A stretch of DNA of 64,000 nt from Eledone cirrhosa (lineage: Eukaryota): assembly GCA_964016885.1 (NCBI GenBank), contig OZ024748.1, positions 23,188,001 to 23,252,000 on the forward strand, given 5' to 3'. This document shows, piece after piece, positions 62,825 to 64,000 of this stretch. A program made the position numbers and the translations under genes. The first letter of the stretch is position 1. Each line of letters begins with the position of its first letter. The notes under the pieces are model-generated. The model searched no databases. It was not told the DNA's origin and saw only the letters and a program-made list of their open reading frames with translations.

Positions 62825-63050
62825 ATACTTGAAAATACTACTTTCATCAAGGCATAGATTATAGAAAACTTTGCCAGTAGATCTTCGGAATTCATCATAC
62901 TCCTCAAATGTATTATGTTTATAACATCTTGCCTTTTCTAGGATTCTCGGATGTTGTTTTCGAACTTACTAAAGCTTATTTGTAGAAACGGAAGCAAGTG
63001 TTTTCCTGAGACACCGCCAGGTATAGCTTAACATGCATATATAACGTTTA
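62825..63050 (-). pseudogene. Possible decayed Penelope-like GIY-YIG endonuclease C-terminus
   Basis: Minus strand RILEKARCYK..YNLCLDE resembles the WxILxKAxxY..CxLCLxEK motif of some PLEs; upstream NVIYAC. Confidence 0.35.
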
Positions 63051-64000
63051 AAAAATATCGTCACTGCTATATCTTACTGTTTTCTAAATATTGAGGCTAC
63101 CAAGGAGATTTTATAACAAGTCTCAGATCAGGCTTACAAAATAAAAACAGACTCAAAAGAAAAAAATCAACAGATTCTAAGAACATCAACTTTAAATAGA
63201 AATATAATTGTATTTTACTTTTAGATCACAATAATTACTCTTCCTACATTTTTCAATTCCTTTTGAAACTGTAAAGGGTTTCTTTTTTCTTTTTTTTTCT
63301 TTTTAAAGTTCTTCCCAAGTAGCTTTTGCTTACAGATCCTTGTTTCAAATCTTTAATTCCTTACCAGTCTTCCACATCATGTATTGTATATAATTTGTCG
63401 TAATATAGACTGTTTTGCAAATAATCTAACTTTTGAGGTTTCTGTTTTTAAAGGATTAGTGCTGCATGTTTTGACACAGTTACTTGGCGAAAATATTCTT
63501 TCAACGGATGTTGACGAATGTGGCATGATAGTTAAATTAGTTATAAAAAATATAATAAAAAGTCATATTTTGAATAATGACATCCATTTTTTGTCATTTA
63601 ATTGGTATCAGTATTCAAAACTATTTGCTGTAGAGTTTGGTAAATTGTTCTGCAGTAAAAGGAAATCTCCTTCGGTGATAATCAAATTTATTGTCTACTT
63701 TTTGACCCAATCTTTGAGATATGAACAGCTAGCAAATAGACGCAGGAAATATGCTGAGATCATGCACTACCTTTGAGTCTAACATTTTTAATTTAGCAAT
63801 ATCTCCATCTTCACTCAAAGGAAACCTCTTATTTGAATACATAGTTCCACTAGGAATTTCCAATAATCAATTTTAAATCTTCTGCCACTGATTTTATCTT
63901 CAAAAGGTTCATTAATTAAATTTGCTGTTTACCTTTCTTCCAAGATAAACACGATTAATGGTTTTGTAGTGACTTTCATTGCTTGGATTAATTTCGGATA

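Noticed and set aside
63384-63776. 130-aa ORF
   Set aside because: Non-ATG start, AT-rich, no recognisable motif

Overview
Repeat-saturated, AT-rich eukaryotic DNA with no intact protein-coding gene that I can support. The SINE families and extreme microsatellite load look like a cephalopod (Octopus-like) genome; that is an inference. About 25 kb (12.2-37.1 kb) is one (GGT)n-GGC-TGT-AGT-GGT-TGT-ATW-TGT minisatellite. Other contents: several GT-rich tandem arrays (2.3-3.4 kb, 42.9-55.2 kb), many tRNA-derived SINE copies, three MITEs, RTE-like 5' UTR copies, and decayed CR1-like, CRE-like and Penelope-like coding fragments. The most notable signal is a set of type I hammerhead-ribozyme (HHR) motifs found by eye in the short unique islands between (AT)n tracts. 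Six have a canonical core (8519, 40372, 40688, 41041-, 42281-, 60254-), two have a CCGAGGA variant core (58575-, 58900+), and three palindromes (7282, 8012, 42424) carry partial HHRs. Several sit in fold-back structures whose inversion points coincide with ribozyme landmarks (cleavage site, stem II, CUGA core). This suggests Penelope pLTR/retrozyme-like elements. Nearly all ORFs in the supplied track are translations of simple repeats.
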